From NCBI GenBank assembly GCA_937877715.1, contig CALEHW010000023.1:21290-85289 (forward strand): a stretch of DNA of 64,000 nucleotides. The letters are read 5' to 3'. How positions within the stretch are numbered: the first letter of the stretch is position 1; each line of letters begins with the position of its first letter. The notes beneath the pieces were generated by a model that had not been told where the DNA came from, did no database searches, and worked only from the letters and a program-made list of their open reading frames with translations. The position numbers and the translations under genes are program-made. The DNA is from an uncultured Methylophaga sp. (lineage in GTDB: Bacteria > Pseudomonadota > Gammaproteobacteria > GCF-002020875). This document shows positions 9,077 through 19,596 of this stretch, one piece after another.

Positions 9077-9940
9077 ATGAATAGCTTGCTTGCCTCTCCA
9101 GCCATCATGATGGGAATTGGCCTCTTCTTTGGGGTGATTCTTGCTGTGGCCTACCGCCTGCTAAAGGTGGACGAAGACCCAAGAATTGATGAGACCGAGG
9201 AGATGCTGCCCGGCACCAACTGTGGCGCCTGTGGTGTCCCGGGCTGCCGCGCCTTTGCCGAGGAGCTGATCAGGGGCACTGCCGAACCGAGTCAGTGCAC
9301 GGTTGCCCCCAAGGATGAGATCGTGGAGATTGCAGATTTTCTCGGAGTTGATGCAGGATCACAGATCAAGCGGGTTGCCCGCCTCCACTGTGCCGGCGGC
9401 AAGGCCGAGGCCTGGCAGATTGCAGAGTACCGGGGGTTTGACAGCTGCCGTGCGGCCGCCGTGGTATCCGGTGGCGGCAAGGGGTGTTCCTGGGGATGCC
9501 TTGGGCTGGCCGACTGCGAGATAGCCTGCAATTTCGATGCTATCCATATAAACAGTAATGGACTACCTGTAGTAGATCCGGAGAAATGTACAGCCTGTGA
9601 GGATTGTGTTGTTGCATGCCCCAAGGATCTCTTCAAGATCCATCCTGTCAACGAACACCTGTTTGTGCAGTGCAGTGCCCCTCTGGAGGGGGACGCCATC
9701 CTCTCTCTTTGCAGTGCCGCCTGTGACAGCTGCAGCCGTTGTGCCTCAGACTCCAACCCTGGCCTAATAGAGATGGTCGACGGACTACCCGTTGTTGACT
9801 ACAGCAGCGGGGCCGAAGAGAGTCCCGATGCTACCTGGCGCTGCTCAACCGAGGCCATTATCTGGCTTGATGGTGGACAGTTTGATCAACAAAACCAAAA
9901 CATGACCGAAGGTCAGAAACGTTATGCCCAGCTTCGCTGA
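9077..9940 (+). CDS. rnfB: Rnf electron transport complex subunit B (polyferredoxin).
   Basis: 287 aa. N-terminal membrane anchor followed by LPGTNCGACGVPGCRAFAEEL, the RnfB signature. Multiple CxxCxxCxxxCP motifs downstream. Confidence 0.85.
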   Translation: MNSLLASPAIMMGIGLFFGVILAVAYRLLKVDEDPRIDETEEMLPGTNCGACGVPGCRAFAEELIRGTAEPSQCTVAPKDEIVEIADFLGVDAGSQIKRVARLHCAGGKAEAWQIAEYRGFDSCRAAAVVSGGGKGCSWGCLGLADCEIACNFDAIHINSNGLPVVDPEKCTACEDCVVACPKDLFKIHPVNEHLFVQCSAPLEGDAILSLCSAACDSCSRCASDSNPGLIEMVDGLPVVDYSSGAEESPDATWRCSTEAIIWLDGGQFDQQNQNMTEGQKRYAQLR

Positions 9941-12900
9941 AATTGCCAACCGCATCTATCGTAAAGTTCTCGGTGTAGATGGCACCGTGGGGGAAGACAA
10001 GAACAGCATCTCTGTGCTGCTCGATGGTGCCACCGCAGTGGCCACTGTCGAGGCGATACTCTCCGAGGCTGCAGCCAGTGGCGAAACCTTCCCTCCAGAG
10101 AGGGGATCAAGTGCCTGGCGTAGCGAACAGCAGCGCCAGCAGGTAAACCTGTTCGGAAAACCACTGCTACAGATGGAGAGTAACACCCCTCGCGGCTCTC
10201 TCTCTGCCGCCATGGGTCTTGCAATGGCTGGCAGACGAGCTTTCTGCAGCCTCTGGTCGAGCGATCTTGCCGCCTCACAAGATCTGGTTCGCAGAGCAGT
10301 TGGCCGCCACCTGCCACTGGTTATCCATACCATTAATCGTGCACTCCCTCTAAACGGAGAGAGCCTTGGCGGAAGTGATGAGGGAATCCACCAACTGACA
10401 AATAGTGGGGCATTCATCCTCTTTGCCGAGAATGGTCAACAGGCAGTTGATTTCACTCTGATCGCCCGTGCCGTTGCAGAGCGAGCCCTGGTTCCCGCAA
10501 TCGTGGTCATGGATGGTGACGAGACTGCATTTGCATCTCAACAGATCGATCTCCCATCTCCTGAACTGATTGAAAAACTTATCGGCAACAGCTCCGACCC
10601 CATATCAATTGCTGACCCGGCACAGCAGCTGCTGTTTGGTGATGAACGCCGCAGGGTGCCGGGCTGGTACAGCCTGGACCACCCCACCCTGCAGGGGAGT
10701 TATCGTGACCGCCACAGCTTTGGAACTGGAGCGGTCTCTCACACCACCTTCTTTGGAAAACAGGTTAAGGGAATTCTGCATGAAATCTTTGGTGAGTTTG
10801 CAGACTTAACCGGAAGAAACTACAGCTCCCTTAACTACCATGGTAAAAAAGGTGCAAGGAAGATAGTAATCACCCAGGGAGCCATTACTGGACGCTGCCG
10901 CACAATTGTCGATCTATTGCAGAAGAGAGAGAAGATCTCGATCGCGGTTGTTGGAATAGGGACTACTGCCCCCTTCCCTGCCGCAGAGCTGGGAGAAATT
11001 CTACAAAATTGCCAGGAGATCACCCTGTTCGATCGCAGCGAACCTCTGCTAAACGAGCTCCCTCCACTGTACAGTCAGGTGGCCCCACTCATTCCAGCTA
11101 ACTGCAGATCCGCATCCATCATTTATGGGGTTGGCGGAACCCCAGTCAATGATGCCGACCTGATCGCCGCCTGCATGGCTCCACACAACAGATCAGCTGG
11201 TGAAGTCCCCGTCTACCGAATGGGAATAACCACACTAGCCGACAATAGCAATCCAAAACAGCAGGTACTCAGGGATCTGCTGGAAAGAAACTATCCACAG
11301 CTGGCAGAGCTGGGAATCAGAGAAGAAGATTCTGCCGCAGAGGAGAGCCCAGCAACACCATCCGTCTTGCGGGCATCCGCAGGAGGCGAAACGCCCACCC
11401 ACCGGACGCCAATGGCGGTACGACACCTTGGCAAACAGGGTGGTGTCGGCCACGCTGGATACCACAACCTGTCACGATTCTGGGATCAGACCGGTCTGCT
11501 CTATCGGGATGGAATGGAGAGTAGACAGGGGGTTGATCCATTTGCTGCCGCTGCTCACATACCACCACTGACATCAACATTTTCCAGCGTTGGGGATGGA
11601 TCCATTCCATTCTTCAATCCGGAAAACTGTAGTGGATGTGGCAGCTGCTGGAGCAACTGCCCAGACAGCGCTATTGGCGCCGTCTCCATACTACCCAGCA
11701 AACTACTGGAATCAGCCCTACAGATGGGAGGAGCAGATGCACTACGCCCACATCTCTCCGAGCTATCCAGGGAAATAAGCCTTACTACCGAAAGTGGAGA
11801 GGCTGGCACTATTATCCGAAAGAGCTGGGATACGATAATGGAACAGTCCCCTCTTTCAGAGGAGAGAAGAGCCAGTGCCGAGGATGCCATAACAACACTT
11901 ATCTCTAATATCGGCGCCCTCCCGGTTGCCCATACAGAACCACTATTCCATCAGCCGGAACGGCTTAAGGCTCAATCAGGTGAACTACTCTCTGTGGTCA
12001 TCAACCCTGATAGCTGTAAGGGGTGCGGAATATGCACCCGCCTCTGTCAGGATGAGTCTAATCGACAGGAGATTGAAAATCCCGCCCTCACCATGATGGA
12101 GCAGGATAGTAAAGATAGAGAGAACAGTTATCACACCTGGAGCATCTGGGAACAACTCCCAGATAGTGCCTCAACCACACTGGTCAATTATGGGACATAT
12201 CCCGATATAGGTCAGCTCAATGCAACCATGCTCTCTCGCTACGCCTCCATGACCATGGCTGGTGGAGATTCTGCAGAGCCAGGCTCTGGAGAGAAGATTG
12301 TTGTTCGTCAGCTACTGGGGATTACTGAATACCATCAACAACCACTTGTTCGTCAACTTCTCAAGGAGATGGATGAGAAACAGAGTGGGCTGGTTGCAGG
12401 GATTCGCGAAAAACTGGCTACAGCATCCCATGCAGATGATCTCTCTCTTCTGGCAGAGGGGCTGGGGAATCTATCCAGTCGTCAGCTTGATCTAACCACC
12501 CTGGCAGAAAAAACTGCTGGTATTGAGGGTGACAGTGTAGATGCCCACGAGCTGAAAGAGTGGGTAGAGCTTGCCGAATCCATTCGCATAGAAAAGGAGA
12601 AGATCGAGAAGGGAGAACACTCTCTGGGACGTGCTCGCTACAGTCTGGCCTTCGCCTCGGGAACCGCTGCCACCTGGGCTGGCACCTTCCCCTACAACCC
12701 ATTCCAGGTTCCGGTAGTAATTGGAGAGGCTGGGGAGATCGGGGCTCTGGCCTCAGGATTGATGGAGGGACAACTAGAGCAGACAACTGAAGTCCACCGC
12801 CTTCTCCGCAAGGCAAAGGCCTTGCTCAAGGGGAGACTTCCTGCCGAGCGCAAGGAGATAGACAAAACAACATGGGGAGACCTTACCGCAGATGAGCTGC

Positions 12901-13784
12901 AACAGTGCCCTCCCATGCTGCTTATTGGGAATGACACTACACTGGGTGCAGGATCTGCCGGTGAGCTCAACTGGATTCTCAACAGCAGGCTCCCCATCAA
13001 GATTATCGTGCTGGCAGAGATGGATCTTGGCTTTAGCGAGGCTCATGCAGACTCCAGATCAGAGCTTGCCATGGCTGCCCTCTCCCAACGCGGTGCATAT
13101 GTGGCCCAGTGCTCCATCGCGGCACCAGAGCAGATGAACCGAGCAATGCGTGAGGCCCTAAACTACCCAGGCCCTGCACTATTGCGGCTCCACGCCCCAA
13201 GCCCACAACGCCACGGATTTGGCCCCGAGATGACTACTGTCCAGGCAGAACGAGCAGTAAATGGACGTGCCTTCCCACTATTCAGTTACAACCCGGAGGC
13301 AACAGGGGTGTTTGGTACCCGCATCAGCCTTGGGGGCAACCCGGAGAGTGAGATCTCCATCGCAGAGTGGGCCTTCCATGAGGGGCGCTTCTCCGGACAA
13401 TTCCAACCCTTATCTCCTGCACTGCAGAGCCAATCTGCAAATCTTGAGGAGTGGCTCAAACTGGATGAGAGGGGGCAAAACAACAAGACACCAATATTCA
13501 ACGAGTATGCAATCGAACCGGATTTTGCACGTCGACTGGGGCAACTTGTCGAACAGTGGCAGATGCTGCAGGAGCTGGCCGGTATCGTCACCCCATTTAC
13601 CGAAGATGTCAGAGAGCAGGCAGACAAGGCAATTGCTGAGAGTCACCAAAGAGAAATTGACGAGTTGAAAAAGGGACACCAGCAGGAGATAAACAACCTG
13701 CGCAACCAACTGGAATCCGAGATTACCCAGAGGATTACCGAACGCCTAGTTGCACTAACTGAAACCCAGAAAAAACCAAACTAA
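9924..13784 (+). CDS. Divergent pyruvate:ferredoxin oxidoreductase (PFOR/NifJ)-like protein. It keeps the two-cluster ferredoxin domain but apparently lacks the proximal-cluster cysteines. It has an insertion of about 170 aa and a coiled-coil C-terminal tail.
   Basis: 1286 aa. Domain-I-like region DGATAVATVEAI...MGLAMAGRRAFCSLWSSDL...LPLVIHTINRAL matches PFOR DGNTAxAHVAYA...HGALAAGALTTTFTASQGL...LPGVFHVSARA. Ferredoxin domain CSGCGSCWSNCP + CKGCGICTRLC (8 Cys). Domain-VI-like region IGNDTTLGAG...YVAQCSIAAPEQMNRAMREALNYPGPALLRLHAPSPQRHGFG...FPLFSYNP. The positions of the PFOR proximal-cluster ligands (GACxGCGE, ATGCSS, SPC) read AGGDSAEPGS, ASGTAATW and SPQ. Confidence 0.65.
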   Translation: MPSFAEIANRIYRKVLGVDGTVGEDKNSISVLLDGATAVATVEAILSEAAASGETFPPERGSSAWRSEQQRQQVNLFGKPLLQMESNTPRGSLSAAMGLAMAGRRAFCSLWSSDLAASQDLVRRAVGRHLPLVIHTINRALPLNGESLGGSDEGIHQLTNSGAFILFAENGQQAVDFTLIARAVAERALVPAIVVMDGDETAFASQQIDLPSPELIEKLIGNSSDPISIADPAQQLLFGDERRRVPGWYSLDHPTLQGSYRDRHSFGTGAVSHTTFFGKQVKGILHEIFGEFADLTGRNYSSLNYHGKKGARKIVITQGAITGRCRTIVDLLQKREKISIAVVGIGTTAPFPAAELGEILQNCQEITLFDRSEPLLNELPPLYSQVAPLIPANCRSASIIYGVGGTPVNDADLIAACMAPHNRSAGEVPVYRMGITTLADNSNPKQQVLRDLLERNYPQLAELGIREEDSAAEESPATPSVLRASAGGETPTHRTPMAVRHLGKQGGVGHAGYHNLSRFWDQTGLLYRDGMESRQGVDPFAAAAHIPPLTSTFSSVGDGSIPFFNPENCSGCGSCWSNCPDSAIGAVSILPSKLLESALQMGGADALRPHLSELSREISLTTESGEAGTIIRKSWDTIMEQSPLSEERRASAEDAITTLISNIGALPVAHTEPLFHQPERLKAQSGELLSVVINPDSCKGCGICTRLCQDESNRQEIENPALTMMEQDSKDRENSYHTWSIWEQLPDSASTTLVNYGTYPDIGQLNATMLSRYASMTMAGGDSAEPGSGEKIVVRQLLGITEYHQQPLVRQLLKEMDEKQSGLVAGIREKLATASHADDLSLLAEGLGNLSSRQLDLTTLAEKTAGIEGDSVDAHELKEWVELAESIRIEKEKIEKGEHSLGRARYSLAFASGTAATWAGTFPYNPFQVPVVIGEAGEIGALASGLMEGQLEQTTEVHRLLRKAKALLKGRLPAERKEIDKTTWGDLTADELQQCPPMLLIGNDTTLGAGSAGELNWILNSRLPIKIIVLAEMDLGFSEAHADSRSELAMAALSQRGAYVAQCSIAAPEQMNRAMREALNYPGPALLRLHAPSPQRHGFGPEMTTVQAERAVNGRAFPLFSYNPEATGVFGTRISLGGNPESEISIAEWAFHEGRFSGQFQPLSPALQSQSANLEEWLKLDERGQNNKTPIFNEYAIEPDFARRLGQLVEQWQMLQELAGIVTPFTEDVREQADKAIAESHQREIDELKKGHQQEINNLRNQLESEITQRITERLVALTETQKKPN

Positions 13785-13816
13785 ACAATATTGAACAGAT
13801 ACAAGGAATGTAATTC

Positions 13817-14995
13817 ATGAACCTCCACGAATACCAATCCAAACAGCTCTTTGAGCAGGTAGGCATCCCCATCCCCAAGGGCAAAACAGTTGAGAGACTG
13901 AATGATGTAGAGCAGGCAGCAGATGAGATTGGCGGCTCTGCATGGGTTGCCAAGGCACAGGTTCATGCCGGCGGCCGCGGCAAAGCCGGGGGGGTCAAAA
14001 TTGCCAGCAGCAAGGATGAGCTTGCTACATTCACCAATGAGATGCTTGGTGGAACCCTGACCACCCCACAGACTCATGGCCGGGCACTACCAATTCAGAA
14101 AGTCCTGATCGAGCAGACCCTGGATATCGGTCGCGAACTCTATCTGGGCGCACTGGTTGACCGCGATCGCGAACAGATTGTCTACATGGCATCCGCTGCA
14201 GGTGGCATGGATATCGAGCAGGTTGCCGCCGAGACACCGGAGAAGATTCTCACCGTACATGCCCACAGCGCTGCCGGTCTACAGCCTTACCAGTGCCGTC
14301 AACTGGCGTTTGGTCTCGGACTGAAGGGAAAGCAGATTGGTGCGCTTACTCGTATCCTCAGCGGACTCCATATCCTATTCATCCATAACGACCTGAGCCT
14401 GGTCGAGATCAACCCCCTGATCGTTACGGTGAGTGGGGAGTTACTGGCACTGGATGCAAAGATTAACCTTGATGACAACGCTCTATATCGCCATCCCAAA
14501 CTGCAGGAGCTGCATGACCCATCTCAGGAGGACGCAAGGGAGCTGGAGGCGGGCAAGCATGACCTCAATTACATTACCCTGGATGGCAATATTGGTTGCA
14601 TGGTAAACGGTGCAGGCCTGGCAATGGCCACCATGGATCTTATCAAGCTCCATGGTGGAGACCCGGCAAATTTCCTCGATGTTGGTGGAGGCACAACCGC
14701 AGAACGGGTAGCTGCCGCATTCAAACTAATCCTCAGTGACTCCAAGGTAGAGGCCATTCTGGTAAACATCTTTGGCGGCATTGTCCGTTGTGACCTTATC
14801 GCCGAGGGGATTATCACTGCAGTAAAAGAGGTGGGAGTAGAGATACCGGTAATTGTCCGCCTCGAGGGGACCAATGCCCCTCAGGGGATGGAGCTATTGA
14901 AAAAGAGCGGCCTTGATATTGATGTCGAAGAGACCCTGACCGGCGCCGCCAAAAAAGCAGTCGCCTCCACCACGTCAACAGGAGAAGGGGCATGA
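13817..14995 (+). CDS. sucC: Succinyl-CoA synthetase beta subunit (ATP-grasp).
   Basis: 392 aa. [12 protein letters not shown]...[17 protein letters not shown] is a near-canonical SucC N-terminus. Confidence 0.9.
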   Translation: MNLHEYQSKQLFEQVGIPIPKGKTVERLNDVEQAADEIGGSAWVAKAQVHAGGRGKAGGVKIASSKDELATFTNEMLGGTLTTPQTHGRALPIQKVLIEQTLDIGRELYLGALVDRDREQIVYMASAAGGMDIEQVAAETPEKILTVHAHSAAGLQPYQCRQLAFGLGLKGKQIGALTRILSGLHILFIHNDLSLVEINPLIVTVSGELLALDAKINLDDNALYRHPKLQELHDPSQEDARELEAGKHDLNYITLDGNIGCMVNGAGLAMATMDLIKLHGGDPANFLDVGGGTTAERVAAAFKLILSDSKVEAILVNIFGGIVRCDLIAEGIITAVKEVGVEIPVIVRLEGTNAPQGMELLKKSGLDIDVEETLTGAAKKAVASTTSTGEGA

Positions 14996-15879
14996 GTATC
15001 TTGATCAACGCAGAGACCCGCGTCATCGTACAGGGATTTACCGGAAAACAGGGTACCTTCCATGCCGAGCAATCCATCGCCTATGGCACCAATATTGTCG
15101 GTGGCGTCACCCCCGGCAAGGGTGGCCAGAGCCATCTTGATCGACCCGTATTCAATACCGTAGCTGATGCGGTGACAGAGACTGGTGCAGATGCCACCAT
15201 GATCTATGTCCCCGCAGCCTTTGCTGCCGATGCAATATTTGAGGCCGCCTCGGGTGGAATCAAAACCATTGTCTGCATTACCGAGGGGATCCCGGTTCAG
15301 GACATGATCAAGGTTAAAGCATTCCTGAGCGACTACCCCGATACCCACCTTATTGGACCCAACTGCCCCGGCATCATCACTCCAGGTAGCAACAAAAATG
15401 GCTGCAAGATTGGAATCATGCCAGGAAATATCCACCAGGAGGGCTCCGTAGGAATCGTCTCCCGCTCCGGAACACTCACCTATGAGGCAGTATTCCAGAC
15501 CACCAATGAGGGGCTGGGACAAAGCACCTGTATCGGAATTGGTGGAGATCCGATTCATGGCATGAACTTTATCGACTGCCTGGAGCTATTCCAGCAGGAT
15601 GAGCAGACCAAAGGAATTGTTCTGGTTGGCGAGATTGGCGGCAGCAAGGAGGAGGAGGCTGCCGAATATATCCGCAACAGTGTCACCAAGCCGGTAGTTG
15701 CCTATATTGCCGGAGTTACTGCACCTCCAGGACGAAGAATGGGCCACGCCGGTGCCATCATCTCCGGCGGCAAGGGTACAGCCGAGGACAAGATAGCCGC
15801 ACTCGAGGCTGTCGGGGTAACAGTCTCCCGCTCCCCGGCCGAGATTGGCAAGCACATGGCAGAGCTATTAAATAGCTAA
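14992..15879 (+). CDS. sucD: Succinyl-CoA synthetase alpha subunit.
   Basis: 295 aa. Rossmann CoA-binding N-terminus [12 protein letters not shown]. Phosphohistidine loop [15 protein letters not shown]. Overlaps the sucC stop as ATGA. Confidence 0.9.
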   Translation: MSILINAETRVIVQGFTGKQGTFHAEQSIAYGTNIVGGVTPGKGGQSHLDRPVFNTVADAVTETGADATMIYVPAAFAADAIFEAASGGIKTIVCITEGIPVQDMIKVKAFLSDYPDTHLIGPNCPGIITPGSNKNGCKIGIMPGNIHQEGSVGIVSRSGTLTYEAVFQTTNEGLGQSTCIGIGGDPIHGMNFIDCLELFQQDEQTKGIVLVGEIGGSKEEEAAEYIRNSVTKPVVAYIAGVTAPPGRRMGHAGAIISGGKGTAEDKIAALEAVGVTVSRSPAEIGKHMAELLNS

Positions 15880-15888
15880 CCAGTTGAT

Positions 15889-17238
15889 ATGGGCCTTCTC
15901 TCAAGCTTCAAACGCAGCTTTTCTCACGGTGTACATCCTGCCCACTACAAGGGGCAGACCGAGAATCTCGCGATTCAACGTGTCCCTTTTGGCAATCGCT
16001 ATGTGATGCCACTAGGACAGCACATTGGGGCGCCAGCAATTGCTGTCGTCAACAAGGGGCAGCATGTCGGTCGAGGTGAGCTGATTGCCAAGCCAGGAGG
16101 GTTCATCTCAACAGCACTCCACAGTCCAGTCACAGGAACAGTCACTGAGATCTCCCCGCAACGAACCCTGGATGGATCCTTCAAGCCTACAATTGTGATT
16201 GAGGCAGATCCATTCTCCGCACAGAGAGTTGAGACCACCCCACCCGCCTCATGGGAGGAGTTATCTATTGAGGAGTTCATCGAAACAGTTCAGCAGGCGG
16301 GAATTGTTGGGATGGGAGGCGCCGCCTTCCCCAGCCACGTCAAATACTCGATTCCAGATGGTGCACATATTGATGATCTTCTGGTCAATGGTGCCGAGTG
16401 TGAGCCATTCCTAACCAATGACCACCGACTGATGGTTGAGCGTCCCGAGACGGTAATTCAGGGAACAGAGATCCTGCGGCAGAAACTGGGGGCAAAACGG
16501 GCCAATATCGGGATCGAGAGGAATAAACCAGAGGCGATAAGAGCACTGGAAAAAGTTCTGGAGAAGAGTCCATCCCTGCCTATTACGCTATCCCCGCTGG
16601 AGGTCAAATACCCTCAGGGCGCAGAGAAGATGCTGATCCAGTCTGTCTACCGCAAAGAGGTTCCGGCGGGCCAGCTCCCCAGAGATATTGGGGTTGCCGT
16701 CAATAATGTAGGAACCGTTGTAGCCATTGCAGACCTGTTTGCGACCGGTGCCCCACTCATAGAGCGCGTTGTTACCGTCTCCGGACCGGGAATCGATCAA
16801 CCTGCAAACCTGATGGTGCCACTTGGTACACCAGTTCGTGACCTACTCAGTTTCTGTGGCGGGCTCAACGATAAGACTCGCGAGATCATTATGGGCGGAC
16901 CGATGATGGGGTTTCCCATCACCAGCCTGGATGTACCAATACTGAAGGGCAGCTCCGGAATTCTTGCATTCACCGAAGAAGAGACAGCACGCCCACATGA
17001 ATACCCGTGCATCCGCTGTGGCCGCTGCCTGGAGGCATGCCCCTATTTCCTCAACCCATCTCGTCTGGCGCTGTTGAGCCGTAACCGACGCTACGAAGAG
17101 ACTATGGATTATCACGTAATGGATTGTGTAGAGTGCGGGGCCTGCAGTTTTGCCTGCCCCTCAAATATCCCAATAGCTCAGTTGATCAGAACAGCCAAAG
17201 ACAATCTCAGGCAAAACCCTGTAGAGGAGGCTGCATGA
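15889..17238 (+). CDS. rnfC: Rnf complex subunit C (NADH/FMN-binding, 2x[4Fe-4S]).
   Basis: 449 aa. GMGGAAFPSHVKY (NuoF-like FMN/NADH motif). CIRCGRCLEACP and CVECGACSFACP. Confidence 0.85.
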   Translation: MGLLSSFKRSFSHGVHPAHYKGQTENLAIQRVPFGNRYVMPLGQHIGAPAIAVVNKGQHVGRGELIAKPGGFISTALHSPVTGTVTEISPQRTLDGSFKPTIVIEADPFSAQRVETTPPASWEELSIEEFIETVQQAGIVGMGGAAFPSHVKYSIPDGAHIDDLLVNGAECEPFLTNDHRLMVERPETVIQGTEILRQKLGAKRANIGIERNKPEAIRALEKVLEKSPSLPITLSPLEVKYPQGAEKMLIQSVYRKEVPAGQLPRDIGVAVNNVGTVVAIADLFATGAPLIERVVTVSGPGIDQPANLMVPLGTPVRDLLSFCGGLNDKTREIIMGGPMMGFPITSLDVPILKGSSGILAFTEEETARPHEYPCIRCGRCLEACPYFLNPSRLALLSRNRRYEETMDYHVMDCVECGACSFACPSNIPIAQLIRTAKDNLRQNPVEEAA

Positions 17239-18251
17239 GCAAGAGAGATCCAGACCTTCTCCTACAGTCTGCGCCACTGCTTAAACAGGGGCTGAGTGTG
17301 CCTACCGCAATGCGTGATGTCCTGCTGGCCCTGATGCCGGCACTATTTGCGGGATTCTGGTTCTTTGGCCTCAGCGCCATTCTTGTGGTTGCAGCAACCA
17401 TTCTTGGTGCTATGGCAACCGAGTGGCTCTTCACCCCAAAACAGGAGCGGGCAGTTGCACTTGGTGACGGCAGCGCACTGCTGACCGGTCTACTGCTGGG
17501 AATGACTCTCCCCCCCGCCCTCCCTCTCTGGATGGCGTGGCTTGGCGGTGTGGTTGCAATTGGTCTTGGTAAAACCATCTGGGGAGGGCTCGGCAACAAC
17601 CTCTTCAACCCTGCCATTGTGGGACGTGCCTTCCTGCTGGGAACCTTTCCAATCGCCATGACCACCTGGCATGTGGCCGCAGGACCCGATTCATTCTTCC
17701 AGCTCCACCCCAGCACCCTTGCCCTCCCCTTCATGCAATCCCCCCCAATGGACGGGATGAGTGCAGCCACCCCACTGGGTCTGATGAAATTCGAGCAGAT
17801 CGACTCCCCGATCTTCTCCCTGATGTTTGGGAACAGCTCCGGCTCCCTGGGAGAGACCAGCGGGGTACTGCTGATGGTTGGTGGACTCTACCTGCTCTTG
17901 CGTCGCGCCCTGGAGTGGAGAATTCCCTTGGCAATTTTTATCTCTGCCGGACTCTTCACCCTACTGCTAGAGACCATAGACCCTGCACGCTTCCCCGGTA
18001 TACACTTCACCATCTTCTCTGGCGGAATGATGCTGGGGGCCATCTATATGGCAACCGACCCGGTCACCTCCCCGGTCACCCCCAAAGGGGCCTGGATATT
18101 CGGTTGTGGTATCGGGGTTCTGGTGGTACTGATTCGTAACTTCGGCGGGCTCCCGGAGGGAATACTCTATGCGATCCTACTCATGAATGCCGCCACACCG
18201 CTGATTAACCGCTACACTCAGCCCCGGGTCTTTGGCAGGAGCAGGTCATGA
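17235..18251 (+). CDS. rnfD: Rnf complex subunit D (membrane subunit with covalent FMN).
   Basis: Polytopic membrane protein. SAATPLG contains the FMN-attachment Thr. ATG at 17235 overlaps the rnfC stop as ATGA, so I prefer it to the longer ORF-track start at 17124. Confidence 0.8.
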   Translation: MSKRDPDLLLQSAPLLKQGLSVPTAMRDVLLALMPALFAGFWFFGLSAILVVAATILGAMATEWLFTPKQERAVALGDGSALLTGLLLGMTLPPALPLWMAWLGGVVAIGLGKTIWGGLGNNLFNPAIVGRAFLLGTFPIAMTTWHVAAGPDSFFQLHPSTLALPFMQSPPMDGMSAATPLGLMKFEQIDSPIFSLMFGNSSGSLGETSGVLLMVGGLYLLLRRALEWRIPLAIFISAGLFTLLLETIDPARFPGIHFTIFSGGMMLGAIYMATDPVTSPVTPKGAWIFGCGIGVLVVLIRNFGGLPEGILYAILLMNAATPLINRYTQPRVFGRSRS

Positions 18252-18943
18252 CAGAGCCGGCTGACCAGAGACCAAATAGCACGAATGAGGCTCCACCACC
18301 AGTGGTGATGGAGCCGAGCTCAATCAGACTTATCTCCACCCTGGCAATTGCCGGGCTTGTCTCCGGTATTGCAATTGTCGCCATCTATGAGGCCACCCTG
18401 CAGACCATCACCGAAAACAAGGCTCGAGAGCTGCGCGAGGCCGTATTTAAGGTGCTGCCAGGGGTTAGCAAGATGAAAAAATTTCAGCTTGAGGAAAATG
18501 GCATCCGCTTCCGTGCCGAAGAGGGCAAGGATGAAAATACCATATATGGGGGATACAACCAGCAGGGAGAATTTGTCGGTTATGCCCTCCCCAGTGCCGG
18601 TCCCGGCTTTCAGGACACTATCGGAATACTCTACGGGTACATCCCGGAGTCCCGCAAGGTTGTGGGAATGGAGATCCTGGAGAGCCGTGAAACCCCGGGG
18701 CTGGGAGACAAGATATACAAGGACCTCTCCTTCGTCTCCAATTTTGATAACCTCTCCATCGACCCTGAGATTGTCACCATCAAGAAGGGGATGAAAAGTG
18801 CCGCCAATGAGGTAGATGCCATTACCGGGGCAACCATCTCCTCCAAGGCAGTTGTTCGCATCATCAACGAGGGTAACGAACGCTGGATAAACCAGCTTCC
18901 CACTTATGGGATCCCCCTACCTGAAGAAGGGAGTCCAGAATAA
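18248..18943 (+). CDS. rnfG: Rnf complex subunit G (periplasmic FMN-binding).
   Basis: 231 aa. N-terminal TM helix. ITGATISSKAV is the flavinylation motif. Confidence 0.8.
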   Translation: MTEPADQRPNSTNEAPPPVVMEPSSIRLISTLAIAGLVSGIAIVAIYEATLQTITENKARELREAVFKVLPGVSKMKKFQLEENGIRFRAEEGKDENTIYGGYNQQGEFVGYALPSAGPGFQDTIGILYGYIPESRKVVGMEILESRETPGLGDKIYKDLSFVSNFDNLSIDPEIVTIKKGMKSAANEVDAITGATISSKAVVRIINEGNERWINQLPTYGIPLPEEGSPE

Positions 18944-19596
18944 TGGCAAAAACACCAGAGAGCGTATACCAGGAGATGCTCAAGGGAATCTGGAGAGACA
19001 ACCCGGTCTTTGTCCAGGTACTAGGGATGTGTCCAATGCTGGCGGTCACCAACTCCGCAGTCAATGCACTGGCGATGGGGCTGGCCACATTCTTTGTACT
19101 GGTTGGCTCCAGCCTGCTGGTCTCGATGATGCGCAAGTGGATCCCCAAACAGGTCCGAATCTCCAGCTACATCATTATTATCGCCACCTTTGTAACCATC
19201 ATTGACTACACCCTACTGGCGCTGTTTCCCAAGATCCACAAGGAGCTGGGAGCATTCATTCCACTGATTACCGCAAACTGCCTGATCCTTGGGCGACAGG
19301 AGGCCTTTGCCTCACGCAACAGTGTCCGTTTTGCAGTGATGGATGCGGTGGGCATGGCGGGGGGATTCCTCTTTGCCCTGCTGGCACTTGGTGGGGTACG
19401 CGAGATTCTCGGTGAGGGGGCGCTGTTTGGAGTATCCCTGTTTGGCCCCAATTTTGAGCCCTGGATAATCATGATCCTGCCACCTGGCGGATTCCTTACC
19501 CTGGGGTTAATTCTGCTCTTCTTTAACTGGGTTACAGAGAAGCACAAAGAGGCACAGATGCGTCTGCTACAGCCAGCTGAGGAGAGATCATCATGA
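18943..19596 (+). CDS. rnfE: Rnf complex subunit E (NqrD/RnfE family).
   Basis: 217 aa polytopic membrane protein. VLGMCPMLAVT and LITANCLILG resemble the NqrDE/RnfAE conserved Cys helices. Confidence 0.8.
   Translation: MAKTPESVYQEMLKGIWRDNPVFVQVLGMCPMLAVTNSAVNALAMGLATFFVLVGSSLLVSMMRKWIPKQVRISSYIIIIATFVTIIDYTLLALFPKIHKELGAFIPLITANCLILGRQEAFASRNSVRFAVMDAVGMAGGFLFALLALGGVREILGEGALFGVSLFGPNFEPWIIMILPPGGFLTLGLILLFFNWVTEKHKEAQMRLLQPAEERSS

Noticed and set aside
6601-13784. Idea that the 822-aa and 1286-aa proteins are a novel (type II) ATP-citrate lyase or citryl-CoA synthetase/lyase pair, because they sit among rTCA genes next to sucCD.
   Set aside because: I found no ATP-grasp, CoA-ligase phosphohistidine context or citrate-synthase signatures. 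Both proteins align by eye to pyruvate:ferredoxin oxidoreductase domains instead. The GVGHAGY in the 1286-aa protein is an isolated resemblance.
14881-15558. 225-aa minus-strand ORF.
   Set aside because: Antisense to sucD, whose protein-level motifs are unambiguous. Low-complexity translation.
17207-17770. 187-aa minus-strand ORF. Also the long rnfD ORF-track start at 17124.
   Set aside because: The ORF is antisense to rnfD. The 17124 start would overlap rnfC by 115 nt. ATG 17235 with an upstream GAGGAGG RBS and an ATGA junction is the better start.
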